In this document: piece by piece, positions 26,001 to 41,139 of the stretch
Numbering within the stretch: the first letter of the stretch is position 1
Layout: every line of letters begins with the position of its first letter
Assembly: GCF_001194135.2 (NCBI RefSeq)
Contig: NC_068982.1
Coordinates: forward strand, 119,224,031 to 119,288,030
Direction: 5' to 3'
Origin: Octopus bimaculoides
Lineage: Eukaryota
Length of the DNA: 64,000 bases
Translations under genes and position numbers: made by a program
Notes under the pieces: model-generated
Told to the model about the DNA's origin: nothing
Database searches by the model: none
Seen by the model: only the letters and a program-made list of their open reading frames with translations

Positions 26001-26849
26001 ATAGTACTTGTTTTAACTAGGTGTACTAGAAATCCGGGCTTCTTTTGTAGCTCCAAACTAAAAGGTGTAATTTTTTCAGATGTTGGTTCTTACGTAAAGT
26101 GAAACAGTGGAACTTTACACTCTGGATGGTATTCTAAGTTTATTTCTCAAATCTCGCGAGATGTGGATTAGATAGTTGAATTCTCTAAGGCTAAAAACAT
26201 TATTGCAATCTGTCATCATTATTCATGAAATCATCGTCCTTCTTTTTCCCATCAAAGTGATAGGCGTGTCATCTCATGCGGCATATGAAAGAGTTAGTTT
26301 ATCAATACGAGTTTTTAAATATTCGTTTTTAAATAATGCGACTAAATGCACATAAATGCTACATCAAAGGACATTAAGATGCTCATGCAGGGGGAACACG
26401 TATCGAGTTCTAATCTAATGTGAATTTAATAACAATAATTCTGTAATGAACAAGCTTTGATGATGTGTAATTCTCATTCTTCTTTATCATGTCTTGTTTA
26501 TATAGTGTGTATGACGTATAAAACCCAATGAATGAAGTATTGACTATTGGTTTATCTTGCACAATTCTATTTTCCATCATTCGAGGTCGCTAACCAAACT
26601 GGGTCCATGTCCGAGAACTAATATGGTACCAGCATGCATTCCATGTCTGTATTCCTTTACAGTATTTGAGAGTATGTATGCTTGTGTTTGTGTCTGTGTG
26701 TGTGTGTGTGTGTGCATGTGTGTGTGCGTGTGTGTGTTCGCGCGCGTATGTATGTATTAATATATGTAGGTATATGAGCAAATTTATATATTTTGTTTTA
26801 TGCAAGTATTCCCATGCATATAGTTGCATGTCTTGACATGCGCATATAT

Positions 26850-27300
26850 ACATAAGTGATAAACTTCCGGAAAGTCTTACAGATTTTTGCAGCTCAAGTA
26901 ATGGCTTGGATCTGTTGTCTTTATCCTTTCTGCTTTTGGGAAGCCCAGTTTCTAAAGATTGGTATTGAGGCAGTGTGTTGCATATCACAGGGCCCCAACA
27001 ATTACAGGTATAATCCTGAAATTGTAATCGGGATAGAGTAGCTGTAGATTCCTCAATAGTTCACCGCAGGTATTTTCTTTATTGCTGGTCTTAAAAATTA
27101 TGTTAAAATTCGCTCGGTAGCTGATTTCCACAACTGTACGCAGTTTCTCTAATTTATCCCAAATTACTATGTCATGTCTAGTATGTTTACATTCTATTGA
27201 GTTTTCCTCTCAGACGTTGGATTTGTACACCTTTTATAAGATGAGTGGCTATGTCGAGTGGCTATGAGTGGCTTCTACCATACTGTAGATTCTTACTTCT
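26850..27300 (-). mobile_element. 3' end of a REL-endonuclease LINE (R4/Dong- or NeSL-like)
   Basis: The minus strand gives TRHDIVIWDKLEKLRTVVEISY (RPDIV..D..E motif) followed by KENTCGELLRNLQLLYPDYNFRIIPVIVGAL...CLNTNL*KLGF. Confidence 0.7.
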
Positions 27301-28610
27301 TTGGCCTCGGGGTTATCCTTCCCATGCATCTCAATATGTTTTCCCTTTAATATCATGTTTCATTGGTAGATAATACTGTGATAATACATAATAATGTATG
27401 TATGTATGTATGTATGTATATCTCATAAAATATTTTTTATTCAAATAATAGTATGAAATATATATTACCGCAAGGAATTAACTATACAGCAGAACATTTA
27501 CCATCCGTGGACTTTCGAAAGGCGGCCACTATTAATAACTCTGTTGCTGATGTAAATGTTGTCATTAATAGTTGAGTGCAAAATTAGATATGTAATTACT
27601 AGGCGTCAATATATTTTGCTTTCAAGTAATTCCACTTCACATGTCAGATTGTCATTGAAAATATTATCAAAGGAATACTGTCCACCCCACAGGGAATCAA
27701 TATTTTAAAATGCGAACGTCACCAACCATTTTACAGAGTTGTCTCTCTGCTTTTCTCTATGTGTGTATATGTGCTAGTGTAAACATATACGTGTAATCTC
27801 TCTCTCCCTTTCTCTCCCTCTTTGTATGCATATGTGCGTGTGTGTGTGTGTGTGAGTTTGTGTGTGTGTGTGTGTTTTTTTTGTTTGTGCGTGTGTGTAC
27901 ACATATACATATATACATAGGTACAAACAGACATACACAGATTCACACACACACATATGTGTGTGTATCAATTTGTGTGTGTAAGAGAGAGAGAAATAGA
28001 GAGTGCAAAAGTATGTTTGCATTTACATATGTATGTCTGAGTTTACATATGTATGTGTGAGTANNNNNNNNNNNNNNNNNNNNNNNNNNNNNNNNNNNNN
28101 NNNNNNNNNNNNNNNNNNNNNNNNNNNNNNNNNNNNNNNNNNNNNNNNNNNNNNNNNNNNNNNNNNNNNNNNNNNNNNNNNNNNNNNNNNNNNNNNNNNN
28201 NNNNNNNNNNNNNNNNNNNNNNNNNNNNNNNNNNNNNNNNNNNNNNNNNNNNNNNNNNNNNNNNNNNNNNNNNNNNNNNNNNNNNNNNNNNNNNNNNNNN
28301 NNNNNNNNNNNNNNNNNNNNNNNNNNNNNNNNNNNNNNNNNNNNNNNNNNNNNNNNNNNNNNNNNNNNNNNNNNNNNNNNNNNNNNNNNNNNNNNNNNNN
28401 NNNNNNNNNNNNNNNNNNNNNNNNNNNNNNNNNNNNNNNNNNNNNNNNNNNNNNNNNNNNNNNNNNNNNNNNNNNNNNNNNNNNNNNNNNNNNNNNNNNN
28501 NNNNNNNNNNNNNNNNNNNNNNNNNNNNNNNNNNNNNNNNNNNNNNNNNNNNNNNNNNNNNNNNNNNNNNNNNNNNNNNNNNNNNNNNNNNNNNNNNNNN
28601 NNNNNNNNNN

Positions 28611-28770
28611 ATGTGAAGGTGAGATCCAAGGATCGAGATCTGGTAAATTAGTAAGCTTCGGGCAATCCGTGGAAGATATAAAAGAAAACAAATCAGGAAC
28701 AAAAATGGTTTGCTATAGAAATTTGTAAATCTTTCGTATATCGAATTTCGATAAGGTGAAAAAGGTTACT
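28611..28770 (+). repeat. Dispersed repeat related to 57425-57590
   Basis: Both copies share aaggt.a.atcca..gatc, ttagtaagctt, tataaa.gaaa, tgtaaat.ttt and catatcgaa.t.cgataag.tgaaaaa. Confidence 0.5.
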
Positions 28771-29034
28771 TTATAGTGCACGGTTAACAACTGACGTTGA
28801 TATGAATGCTAATAAAAATCCAAATTTCAGGAATGGAACTGGTAAAATGAAGGTTACATATGTTTTCTAGCTAGCAGAACCTTGGAAGTGATAATTACTC
28901 AACGAGGGCTAGTCCACTATATATATTGGTTCATCCCATAAATAATGCAGTGTTTTACAATTGCATAAACTAAAGGCCAAAGGGGATGGGATAAACTACA
29001 TGCAACAACTTCTTATAAAAGCAGGTAGTAATTT

Positions 29035-29600
29035 TACCGTGTCCGTTTTCTTAATGTAAATTTTGAAGAGTACAGTCCGATTTTAATATTTATTTTTCCA
29101 AAGCTATAATGGAAGTGACAAAGGAGCATATTCGGTATATTTTGCTTTATGAGGTCAATAAAGGCAACAACGCAACGGAAAGTACGAAGAATAATAATGC
29201 AGCATATGGGAATCGGACAATAATCATAAGCCAGTGTCAACGGTGGCTCCAGAAATTCCGAACCGGTAACTACAGCCTAGAAGACGATCCTCGTCTTGGA
29301 AGATCTGTAGAGCTCGGCGAGGACATCCTCTAAAACCCGATGAAACAAAATCCCATCGTAACTGTTGAGGAACTAGCAGAGAAGCTGGAATTTTGTCATT
29401 CAACCATTTATTGACACCATCTCTGGTTTCAAGACGAAAGGTGTTCTATCAGGATAATGCTCGGTCACATACAGCGAGGATGACATACAGCAGTTTTAAT
29501 GGGAAACGATGCCCCACGCAGCATATTCGCAGGACATTGCCCCATCTGATTATCGTTTATTCCACAATGTTGAATATCATTTGGACAGAAAATCATGAAT
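29035..29600 (+). mobile_element. Mariner transposase pseudogene with an internal deletion
   Basis: MEVTKEHIRYILLYEVNKGNNATES...AYG...QCQRWLQKFRTGNYSLEDDPRLGRS...NPIVTVEELAEKL is a mariner N-terminal HTH region. It is joined almost directly to VFYQDNARSHTARMT (second catalytic Asp region) and a frameshifted HPPYSPD-like segment. Confidence 0.88.
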
Positions 29601-30049
29601 TCTGTAGACGATGTACATTGAATGTGAAGGTAAAAAAAGGAAACCTGCAAGGTATAAACACATATATACGTACATACATGCATGCATACAAATATTCACA
29701 CGCAAATACATACGCACACACACATGCATGCGCACACAAACATACACGCACACACATATATATATACACGACGACTTTCCTCTGTTTTACTTTCCAAATC
29801 CAATGACAAGACATCGTTAGTGAATTCTTAATATACACTTTGTATCTTGTAAAAGTTAAACGAAAAGCACCCGCGCAGAGTTACTGAGCCCCAGACATTT
29901 CATTGAGGATTGAAGTTGGATTTTTAGAAATGATAGCCGAATCTACTTCAAACCGCATCCTAGACAGATTGGAGGAAGACAAGACATGTCTGAAAAGCTG
30001 AGATGGGTTGGCCACGTTTGGAACTTTTGTAGGCATACATTTGTTAAGT

Positions 30050-30785
30050 CGAATTTCAGCTCCTTTAAAAGGCGATGAAGTGTATATTATATAAAATATT
30101 CATCAATTTATACTTTTTAGTTATTCTCTCAAATTTTATAAATACGTCTACTGCAATAAACCTGTATGGTAATCTTTACATAGTCACATGACTTGCGATA
30201 AACATCAGACAGATTTCTGCAAATTTTGCTCTGAAGTCTGGAGAAAGACGGAGAACAAAGCCTCGTTGCGGTAAACTTTGGTGAATGCTAAAACGTCTCC
30301 TATGCAGATAGACGTACTATAATGCTCGTGATAATATAATCCCAGCGATTAGATCTCTATTTATCAGTCTGACATATTGATCTATATTTTAAGATTTACT
30401 ACCAACAAAACTGGAAAATGCGACTACTTTACTGATCAATGAGGATGTTCAACATCTTTACATCTGAACGATATATCGATTGATGACTTTAATACGATTG
30501 GTATTCCATGACAACTGTTGTCGTCCTGTACTCCTCTTTCAATATTGCTAGACTGACTCATTAGAACTGAACCTTATTGTTTCTATTGAAATTGCTAACA
30601 AAATAGTCAATTCATTTACAAAGTAAACACCCATTTTCTTGCAACAGCCCCTAGCATCATCATAGTCACTAGATTGTTGTCTATATAAAAGACGACATTC
30701 ATCCTGAATTAAGTAAGTGTTTGTTGATTCAATATAGGATCCCAAAGTTCAGGATATTCCTTCGGAAGTTTTAGATACTTGATGA
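30050..30785 (+). mobile_element. Possible very old L1/Tx1-like RT remnant
   Basis: Degenerate RT landmarks appear in the expected order (..CCRPVLLF/NIA ~30520, EIANKIV..TPIFLQQP ~30590-30650, ELSKCLL ~30710, SFRYL ~30770) but need several frameshifts. Confidence 0.3.
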
Positions 30786-30838
<53 letters not shown>

Positions 30839-31991
30839 TTACAAATCTCACTACCAGTGGCCTAGGATGTATAAAAGTCAATCATATTGAATGATATGTC
30901 GTTTATATATATATATATACATTTAAAATGGTAAGAAACATTGCACAATTAATGAAGTACCTTAGGATCATTTTAATGTTCAACATTAATTGGTTACGTT
31001 CAAACCATCACATATGACTAATATAATACCGTCATTTAGGAGTTTTGGTAGATAGCAGGAAGATGTGAAAGAACAGGTATTCTGGTTAGTTCTACTCGGG
31101 ATATGACCATTTGATTCGGTTGCTTTTATTAACATAAAATAAGTTATAATCATTTATTGATCATCTGAATTTTAGGCATTCCCAAATTTCAATATTTTTT
31201 TACATAAATGACTCGTGTAAATTTTTGTAAGTAATAAACGAAGCTGGTGTCTCTTATTTATCGTTAAACAGTCGATAACATAAATAAGATATTCCATGTT
31301 CAATATATAAGCACTGGGCCTTTCATTTGTGTTACACAACACTGATATCATAAAAGGTACTCTCTTTGAGAGAAAGTCAGTTTCTTTAATGAATCTGCGA
31401 AACCGCAAATTAGATTAGATATATTCTGTTTGAAGGATTTGCAAAGATTGGTATCGAAATGGTAATGAGTCAGAAGTTGCAGTCCATAATGAGAACACAC
31501 ATACCGTCACATCGAAAACTAAAATAAATCTAATTGCTTATTTGCACTGAATGTCCCAAATATACATGAGGAGAGTCTTAATTTCACGACACTCGTGGTT
31601 TTCTTTTCCATAAGCATACGTAAGTCATAATACATTTTATGAGAAGCAATATAGTGATACAAGATATATTTTAAACTTAAGAAGGAAGCAAAGAGGCATA
31701 GCTGAGATATATGTAAACGATTCTTAAAATGTGCTAGTATAAAGTAATATAATAATATACTTATTATCAATTCTTCCAGCTAGAAATATCACCCAGATTT
31801 CTCAAATCGTGAGCTACAATTTTTTTAAGGCAACAGCAGAGTATGACATAGTGCTAGTAATTCATTGAATTTTCTTGGAATTTAAACAACTGAAACTTAA
31901 TAACTTTGCGTCGTTCCGATTTACAGCTGTACATGTATGAAGATACAAGGTTTAGCAACACACAGGGATAAACGAATGCATATGCGCGTAT

Positions 31992-32044
<53 letters not shown>

Positions 32045-34265
32045 NNNNNNNNNNNNNNNNNNNNNNNNNNNNNNNNNNNNNNNNNNNNNNNNNNNNNNNN
32101 NNNNNNNNNNNNNNNNNNNNNNNNNNNNNNNNNNNNNNNNNNNNNNNNNNNNNNNNNNNNNNNNNNNNNNNNNNNNNNNNNNNNNNNNNNNNNNNNNNNN
32201 NNNNNNNNNNNNNNNNNNNNNNNNNNNNNNNNNNNNNNNNNNNNNNNNNNNNNNNNNNNNNNNNNNNNNNNNNNNNNNNNNNNNNNNNNNNNNNNNNNNN
32301 NNNNNATATATATGTATATATATGTTTACATATACATATATAAAATAAACAAATTGTATTCCCATCTAACGGCTGTTTCTGCTTCCAATGTTTTATTGAT
32401 ATTCTAAAAATGATATTCATCATATTTGGTAATACATACATAAAAGAAAAGAAAAGAAAAAAAAGAGAAGAAGATATTCAAGAAGTAAGGGAAAGGCTTA
32501 ATATGCTTAAATCATACCATTTTGCTTAATGTGTCGCTTTAGGACGTTGGGTAAATGGCTAAACTTAAAATAGTAATTGGTGGGTTAATTTTTCTACCGT
32601 ATAATAGGGTGGATAAGTAATAAAAAAGTAAACATTTTAAAAGTTTGCAATAACGGGATACGCCAATACGTTTAGTCAAAGAGGGAGTAAGGTTGCCATA
32701 ACGTTTTGAAGTAATCATAATAGTTCTTAATAATTACGTTTATAGTACTAATTAATAGATTTTGGCGTAATAAAGTGTTCGACAATTTATTTTACTTATT
32801 TATTTACTGATATGTGGTAAAGTCCCACCACCTATTGCCCGTAATGGCATTGACCAAGTACTAGCGTTCAATATTATTGGTCAGTTAATTTAAAAAGGGC
32901 AAGCATTTAAAACCGTTATACGGGTTGGTATAAATAAATAAATATATAAACAAAATCATGGAAAAATAGTGTATGTTATAAGGGGCCCAAAACCACTTAG
33001 GATATTGTATATAAGAACAATGCCAGTGTTAACATAGGTAATTATATCGGTAGGATAACGGCTACTTTCATCTTTTAGACAGTTATTCCAACCTCTAACT
33101 CTACGAACCTATATATATATATATATATATATATNNNNNNNNNNNNNNNNNNNNNNNNNNNNNNNNNNNNNNNNNNNNNNNNNNNNNNNNNNNNNNNNNN
33201 NNNNNNNNNNNNNNNNNNNNNNNNNNNNNNNNNNNNNNNNNNNNNNNNNNNNNNNNNNNNNNNNNNNNNNNNNNNNNNNNNNNNNNNNNNNNNNNNNNNN
33301 NNNNNNNNNNNNNNNNNNNNNNNNNNNNNNNNNNNNNNNNNNNNNNNNNNNNNNNNNNNNNNNNNNNNNNNNNNNNNNNNNNNNNNNNNNNNNNNNNNNN
33401 NNNNNNNNNGTTCATATATATATATGTACATACATATACATGTATAAATAATACGAAAATAGAGAAATCCTCAGTTTAACAAACTCATCGATTGGACCAC
33501 ATTTATAGCTTATTTTTTTTAATACAAAGGATGACGTTACAAATAGGTGATGTAAAAAATATTACGGCCGTTTCCGCCTCTGTTGCCAAACGCTGTCTAT
33601 AAATAATTGCGAAAATTAAATGTGTTCTTCTTCATAGGACATTCCAATTAAGGCACGGAGCTGCACCAAAGTAAAAAGCAAGAGCATCCAATATAAACAA
33701 ATGGAAGGAGAAATAGGAAAGAAAACATGACCTAGAAAAGAAGTCAAGAAGCCCAATATACTAAAAGCATATAATCTACCATCTTCGGGCTACGAGGCCC
33801 GAAGGTAAAAGAATGAACTAGTAATGGTCTAGGGAATACTAAAATTTATTTACGGGTAGTTTCAATTTAAGCGGTGGGGAGCAATATCTTTTAAAATTTA
33901 TGAAAATAAGTTATTAAAAAATAATAATAATAATAAAACAAGGAAACTTACATGATTATCACAGGACAGTACCTAATTTAACGAAGTAAACTCAAGTAAA
34001 ATATATCCCAAAAGTTACTGTAGGGTGCTTAAGAGAGTGTATTCACAGAAATATTACCGAAAATCCCACATATTGTCCACAATGTTGCAAGTCTAAATCC
34101 AGCAGTCTCTGCAATTGGTCAGTTACAATTTGAACCGAGGTCACACGTTAAGACCGTTACAATGAATATGTCAATAAGAATAAATAAGAAAAGATAAAGG
34201 GTCCGGTGAAGTAAATACATATATGTTATCCCTTATTCGGTTATCATTATAATCACTCTGTTTAC

Positions 34266-34318
<53 letters not shown>

Positions 34319-34341
34319 CAGCGTGTATGTATGTATATATG

Positions 34342-34385
<44 letters not shown>

Positions 34386-34649
34386 CATATATACATACAT
34401 ACATACACACTGATATATATATACATATACATGTGTATATATATATGTATGTGTGTGTGTATGTATGCTTGTGCGTATGTATACACGGTCTATGTATGTG
34501 CATTTATACTTACATACATATTAGATATGTATGAAGGTATTTTTTTTTCCATACATATTCACACCTATACTCATACTTATTCATACATATATAGTATATG
34601 TTTCTTTCTATTGTAAGCATGAGGGCTAAAGTCAATTACATCTACTTGA

Positions 34650-34797
34650 GCGTTCAGCTACTACTTATCTTATCGACCTCAAAATGATGCAAGACAAAGA
34701 GTATATCGGACTATTTCAAACTTCGAACGTAAAGACGGGCGAAATGCCACGAAGCTCTTTCTCCAGGGTACTAACGAATCTGCCTGCTTGCCACCTC
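34650..34797 (-). mobile_element. SINE family B, decayed
   Basis: tacttatcttatcgacc..aaa.gatg.aagacaaag, tttcaaact...aacgtaaagacgggcgaaatgcc and tactaacgaatctgcc are the reverse complement of family B. Confidence 0.65.
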
Positions 34798-34873
34798 TTG
34801 TATGAATATATTGGCAATCATATATATAGTTTATTCTGAGCCCCTGTATATACACCATACTATATACACACAG

Positions 34874-34905
<32 letters not shown>

Positions 34906-34973
34906 CTGTGTGTGTGTGTGTGTGTTTGAGTTCGTGTTTGTGTTTGAGTGCGCGCGCGTGTGTGTGTTTGTGT

Positions 34974-35013
<40 letters not shown>

Positions 35014-35905
35014 ACGCCCGCGCGCATTTGGACGTGTCCATCTCTGCTTCTTTGTAAGTTCGGGTCCATTTATGTACCTAAGTTAAAACCGGTTTGAAAT
35101 CGTGAAATCACTGTTGCGTAAAATAGCGTAACTTAGCGATCTTACAATTATGAGTTGATAAATTATGCATCAGATTGGAACGAGTTGTAGAATCGTTGTG
35201 ATCGACTTGAACCATGAAAGTTGTAACCCAGCGTGACTACAGCCTAGTGAGTGAGACCAGTAAAAACAGTTTTAAATTAGTGAGTTGTCTCTCATTTACC
35301 TCTAACCTCCTTTTTAGATCTATGTTTCTTTCTCTATGAGATTCTTACTATAGTCTATATTCACATATCCTGCAGTGTCTGCCTCTACATCATTTACTCC
35401 TTATTTTATCTTCTGCACAGCACAGTCACTTCCGACTCTCCTCAATATCCGAACAACAGTAAAACGTTTAATCAATATTGTACAACTATCGATTAATCAA
35501 GAAACGACAATTACAATATCCTGTTTTTCTGCTTTAATTAGTTTGTACGGTCTGATATTTTCCGATGTTACATATTTCGAAAGCTTTCGTAGAATTGTGT
35601 GTCAGAGCTTCTCTGTTGTATTAGATTAAAAAAAGTAACCATAAAATAAAATAAAATTTGCGCTTATCTTCTTTTCTGTAAAACAATCATTTTATCTTTT
35701 TTATATCTTTCTGTGTCTCACTTTCATTCTTTTGTTACACACATACACACAAAGACACACACACAACTCACATACAAACACACACAGACAAGCTCACTTT
35801 CCCAAAATTTCATTCATTTCTATCTATTTTACCAATGCTCTCCTCTTAATATCCGGTACAGTGGGGTTCCTTCTGTGTGGCCATTAATACATTTCATACG
35901 TTTGT

Positions 35906-35938
<33 letters not shown>

Positions 35939-36859
35939 NNNNNNNNNNNNNNNNNNNNNNNNNNNNNNNNNNNNNNNNNNNNNNNNNNNNNNNNNNNNNN
36001 NNNNNNNNNNNNNNNNNNNNNNNNNNNNNNNNNNNNNNNNNNNNNNNNNNNNNNNNNNNNNNNNNNNNNNNNNNNNNNNNNNNNNNNNNNNNNNNNNNNN
36101 NNNNNNNNNNNNNNNNNNNNNNNNNNNNNNNNNNNNNNNNNNNNNNNNNNNNNNNNNNNNNNNNNNNNNNNNNNNNNNNNNNNNNNNNNNNNNNNNNNNN
36201 NNNNNNNNNNNNNNNNNNTATATATATATATATATATCAATACGTGTATGTGTGTGTGCCCACTGCAAACATTGTGCTGTCCTCTACAATTATTTTTATT
36301 GATAGTTCTTCTGATATTATGAGAGCTCGTCAGGTCAATGACTGTGACAACCCATACGTTATGAAACGATAGTCGACATTCTCTACACTGGATCATTGGT
36401 GTTTTTTTTCACCAGTGGTAGCAAACTCCGTCTTTCCTACCTGCTTCTTTTTTATTGTGTGTGTGAGCATATTCGTGCTCCTTTTCTCTCCTCTTCTATT
36501 TAAAACTGCCGATGTCGACTTTTAATCTTGTCTTTCTAGTCTCGAAGTAATAAAGTACCAGTCATGTGCTGAGTCAATTTTATCGGTGACTGCCCGTCTG
36601 TACATTTACGTGGAGGAGAGCGTGTTGAAGTTGGAGTAGAAGCCAAATCGCCGCCTATCTCAGAACTCCGGTGTGAGATATTATGTGTGACAAATGGCTC
36701 ATCTGCCTCAATATTATCGATCCGTAATAATCTATATTACTGACAAACACATTACGCACAAAATCAAATACACAACATACAGAAAAACAACTGCACAGAA
36801 TCGTATTACCACTCACACTATCTTCCTTCTTGATAAATTGATGGTATATAAACGAATAG

Positions 36860-36895
36860 ATAGATAGAGAGAGAGAGAAAAAGAGAGAGAGAGAA

Positions 36896-36950
<55 letters not shown>

Positions 36951-37116
36951 AGGAGAGAGAGAGAGAGAGAAGGAGAGAGAGAGAGAGAGAGAGAGATAGG
37001 TAGGTAGGTAGGTAGGTAGGTAGGTGGGTAGGTAGGTAGGTAGGTAGAAAGGTATATATGTAGATAGATAGATAGACAAATAAATAGATTGACAGACAGA
37101 GAACAGACCGATAGAG

Positions 37117-37154
<38 letters not shown>

Positions 37155-37320
37155 ATGAATAACTAGAGACGCATAGGTAATGAGACAAGCAGACAGGGAA
37201 GCAGAGAGATAAACGGGCAGGCAATCAGACAGACAGACCGATATATAGACTGAATGAATGATTGATTGATTGATTGATTGATTAATTGATTGATCGATTG
37301 ATTAATTGATTGATTGATTC
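36860..37320. repeat. Compound microsatellite block (GA)n-(AGGT)n-(AGAT)n, then (ATTG)n
   Basis: Seen directly. Confidence 0.9.
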
Positions 37321-37539
37321 TTTAATAATTTTGCATATTTGGATATTTGCAAAGGATGATCATGGATTTCAAAATAATTCGTCGATCGTATTTTGCTCAG
37401 TATTCATTTGTCTTCATGATCGGGAGAATATTTCAACGGCTACTATTTGTAAAACACCTATTTTAGGGGATAAATAAGTAGCTTCGGCTAGAAATTCGGA
37501 CACACACAGATACGCACACACACACACACACACACACAT

Positions 37540-37572
<33 letters not shown>

Positions 37573-37615
37573 CAAACACACTCACACACTCACACACACA
37601 CACACTCACACACGT

Positions 37616-37648
<33 letters not shown>

Positions 37649-40600
37649 AGGACACATACATATATTTATATATATTATATACATATATATGCTCATATAT
37701 ATTAGATATATATGTATACACACTCACACTCTCTCTCACGCACACAGACGTGCGCACGTGCACACACAAACACTCACTTTAATATAAAGAATTAAGGTAT
37801 GTCAACTATCATACATGACAAATTATTGATCTACTGAAATCACCTCCCTTTCCAAAGGAGAGTAAACAAATACATTGTAGCAGTTGTACTCCAATACAGG
37901 CTGACGCGATACTTAAATACTGACACAACACATATATGTTTAAGATGGTATTTTTGTCATTATTCAAATGCCATTAATTAAAATGTAGATAATTCGGTAC
38001 AATTAGAAAATGCTCGACCTTTAAACCGAAAAAACGTAGTTGGAATGTGGCCTTCTTAAAGATGCTGCTTTTCCTGCGCCTCTCTCCTCCCTATCTCTCT
38101 CTCTCTCTCTAAATATACATGTATTTAAATGTACATACGCACAAAGTGTAATAAATTAATCAAATAGGTACAATTCAAAAATATCGAAAGCCTTCCTGCG
38201 AACGACAGATCACTAGCATTTAGCACCGGAGACAAGATGCAAATGATTAATATTATTTGTAAATTCGACAGTAAGACTGCGAACTTTGCGATTGCAATAC
38301 ACATTGGCCTTACGGTCACCAAATATTCTCATAGGCTCACCATGCATTTACTACAAGACGCAATTTCAACTCATAACACTACAACCTATAAAAAAAACAT
38401 AAACCAGAAAAATGAATATCAACGGATTATAACATGCATCTTATATAGAATTCCTCCCAAATCTATATATATCAGATCTCCCTACAAATACTCTCCAAAT
38501 AATATTCCTTGCGTTTCTAATTCTACAGCAACTAATTCAATAACATAATGTCCACCATTATCAATTATCTAATTCTAGTAATTTTTAAGCTTTTAAACTC
38601 CATTTGTATAAAATTTATTTGGTTAGACAGACAAGAATGCGGAGAGATTTGTCAATACGTCATGTTTTAAGAATTGGTCTTTGAATAACATTCTGTATTT
38701 GTTCAAAACGGATGGTAAGAAGAAGAATAAAGAGAATAGAAGTTTGGTGTGGAATTTTTTCCAAACGTAGTCTTTGTTGTATCTGTCAGTGCATTACCAT
38801 AAGGAGACACCATCTTAGGACTCATATGCTTCGAAGCAGAGCTTAAGTGTTCTGACTGCCGACAGTAATTATCCAGAAGTGAATTAAACCAACACCACCC
38901 CACCAAACGCCAACTAACTCGTTCTGTGGATGGAGATCACTTTTCAGTTATGGAACACCCAGTTATTGATCATTACACCATTACGTTGTTTAAGATTGTG
39001 AGAAATGTTCTGCTATTATTCACCTATGATTAATCAGTCCACAAGATTTCATGAGAGTGTAGAGAATGCCTAGTATAAGTGTTATCCCTCAGATTATAAG
39101 GAAAACCTTTCCCACGTGTTTGCAGATGCGAGGTCAATGAACTTTTAATGCGCTTGCATACAACTTCCGAATTAATTTTTCTACTGTACCAGCTCTATTT
39201 CTATTGTAGTCTGACAAAAGCAAGAACTAATAAGAAAGACCTATCCGAACAGCATCTTTTGAACCGAAACCACCGTTCCTAGACTGTTTAAACAATCTCA
39301 GTTTAGTTCTTTAGTTTAAACAATTCTCGTCCTTATTTCCACGAATGTTCCAGATTATGTATACAGCATTATTGCCTTTTATGAATTCATAAAGCATTAT
39401 ATGTGTTAAGTGTTCCATGGACAAATTTAGATGCGTCAAAATAGTAACTGAAATCACTACACGACAATATAACGACATTAAATAGTACTTAACACACAGA
39501 CATTAACGATTCGATGACACATACACAAACGCACGCGCACATATGTATGTCTATAGAGTGATAGACGTGGAAAATATATGTATACATACATTTTAAGCGC
39601 TATGGGCACACAGGGGAAGACACACTACAATATAAGACACTTGTCAAACGAACTTCGCAGTGGGATTTATACCAAGAGCAGGTAGTTGGAATGTGGCCTT
39701 TCTTAAACATGCTGCTTTACCTGCGCCTCTCCCCTCCCTATCTCTCTCTCTAAATATACAGATACATAAATGTACATATGCACGTGCACTCAGACAGATA
39801 TATATATATATATATTTGAATGTATACACACACACACACGCGCGCGCACACACACAAATATGTGTGTTTATTGAGTATAAAAACTTGGGCAAGCGCTATA
39901 ATAAAGTGTAATTTCCTATCAAAATTTTAACATGCTAGCGTATGCATAGCCGTTTTGTTTTCTATTCAACTTATGTCTACTGTGCAAATTTACAAGTAAT
40001 AAGTATAGGTTGTGTTCTAATTTTTCTAAACGAAATTATACCCTTTACAAAACTCCCGCATTTGTTTCTTACTTCTTGACTAGAATAATTTTCATGTTTA
40101 ATAATTTGTAAATCAGCCTAAATATTGTTTGCGAGCGAAACGTATTTTTACATAATTTTCGGAAACTTACCATACGAAAAGGTGTAAATCCAATTCTCTG
40201 CCATTATCTCTTACATTTTGCTTCTTTTGTCTCCTTTATTTTATTTTTATTTTACCTATATCCACTTAACAGTGTTAACTTAGCAGTTGCCTTGGGTATG
40301 TAATCAATCTTGTATGTCGTTCTATTGAAATTGTCAGTTTTTTTCTATCTCCCCTTAATATTCCTTTAAAAAAATTCTAGTTCTTCTAAAACTTAAGCTA
40401 CGGCCACACAGCGGTCTCTTTATTAAATCGAATAACGCCTTTACTTTTAACGTTTTAGCATCTGAATGTTTGCACTCATTTTTTGTTTTCATTTTTGTTT
40501 TTGGACACTTTCGGTACAATTAGTAAATTCTCGATCCTTCCTGACAACTTTGTTAATGCTACAGACTCATATTTTTCAAAGCAAGTCATTTTTACATTTA

Positions 40601-40764
40601 AATATTAGTAGAATCTATTTCTATTCAGATCATTTCAAGTGTACATAGATATACACACTGACGCACAATCAAACACATGCCCTCACGTACACAAACTCGC
40701 ATGCACACGCACGCAGACGTAAACATGTGTGTGAATATATACATGTGTGTGTACGTATATATAT

Positions 40765-40838
<74 letters not shown>

Positions 40839-41139
40839 GCATATATATGTATATATATATGTATGTATATATAAATATATATATGTATGCATATATATAT
40901 GTGTGTTCGTGTGTGTGTGTGTGAGGGCGTGTGTGTGTGTGAGTGAGTGTGTGTGGGTGTATGGGGAGAATTCACAAAAAAAACAAAAAACGAAGACAGA
41001 AGGTGTAGACAACAAACAGATGTGTTAATTTAACGGTCGGGAAGTGAAAAATTCATTAACATTTCGAGCCTGTACATACATGTGTGTGTGTGTGCACGCG
41101 CACGTAGCTTCATAAATATAGATATACACATACAATGTG

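Noticed and set aside
30600-30650. Minus-strand ARKWVFTL resembling CRESS-virus Rep motif I, and the overlapping SDYDDARGCCKKMG resembling a C-type lectin
   Set aside because: A stop follows immediately and no HLQG or YCxK motif is present. No splice sites or further lectin cysteines support the second reading. The plus strand is better explained as a decayed RT.
31150-34260. Possible further Penelope fragments on the minus strand between TA runs (YLIYVIDCLTINKR and others)
   Set aside because: Similarity is too faint to call by eye and needs a profile search against PLE RT/GIY-YIG.
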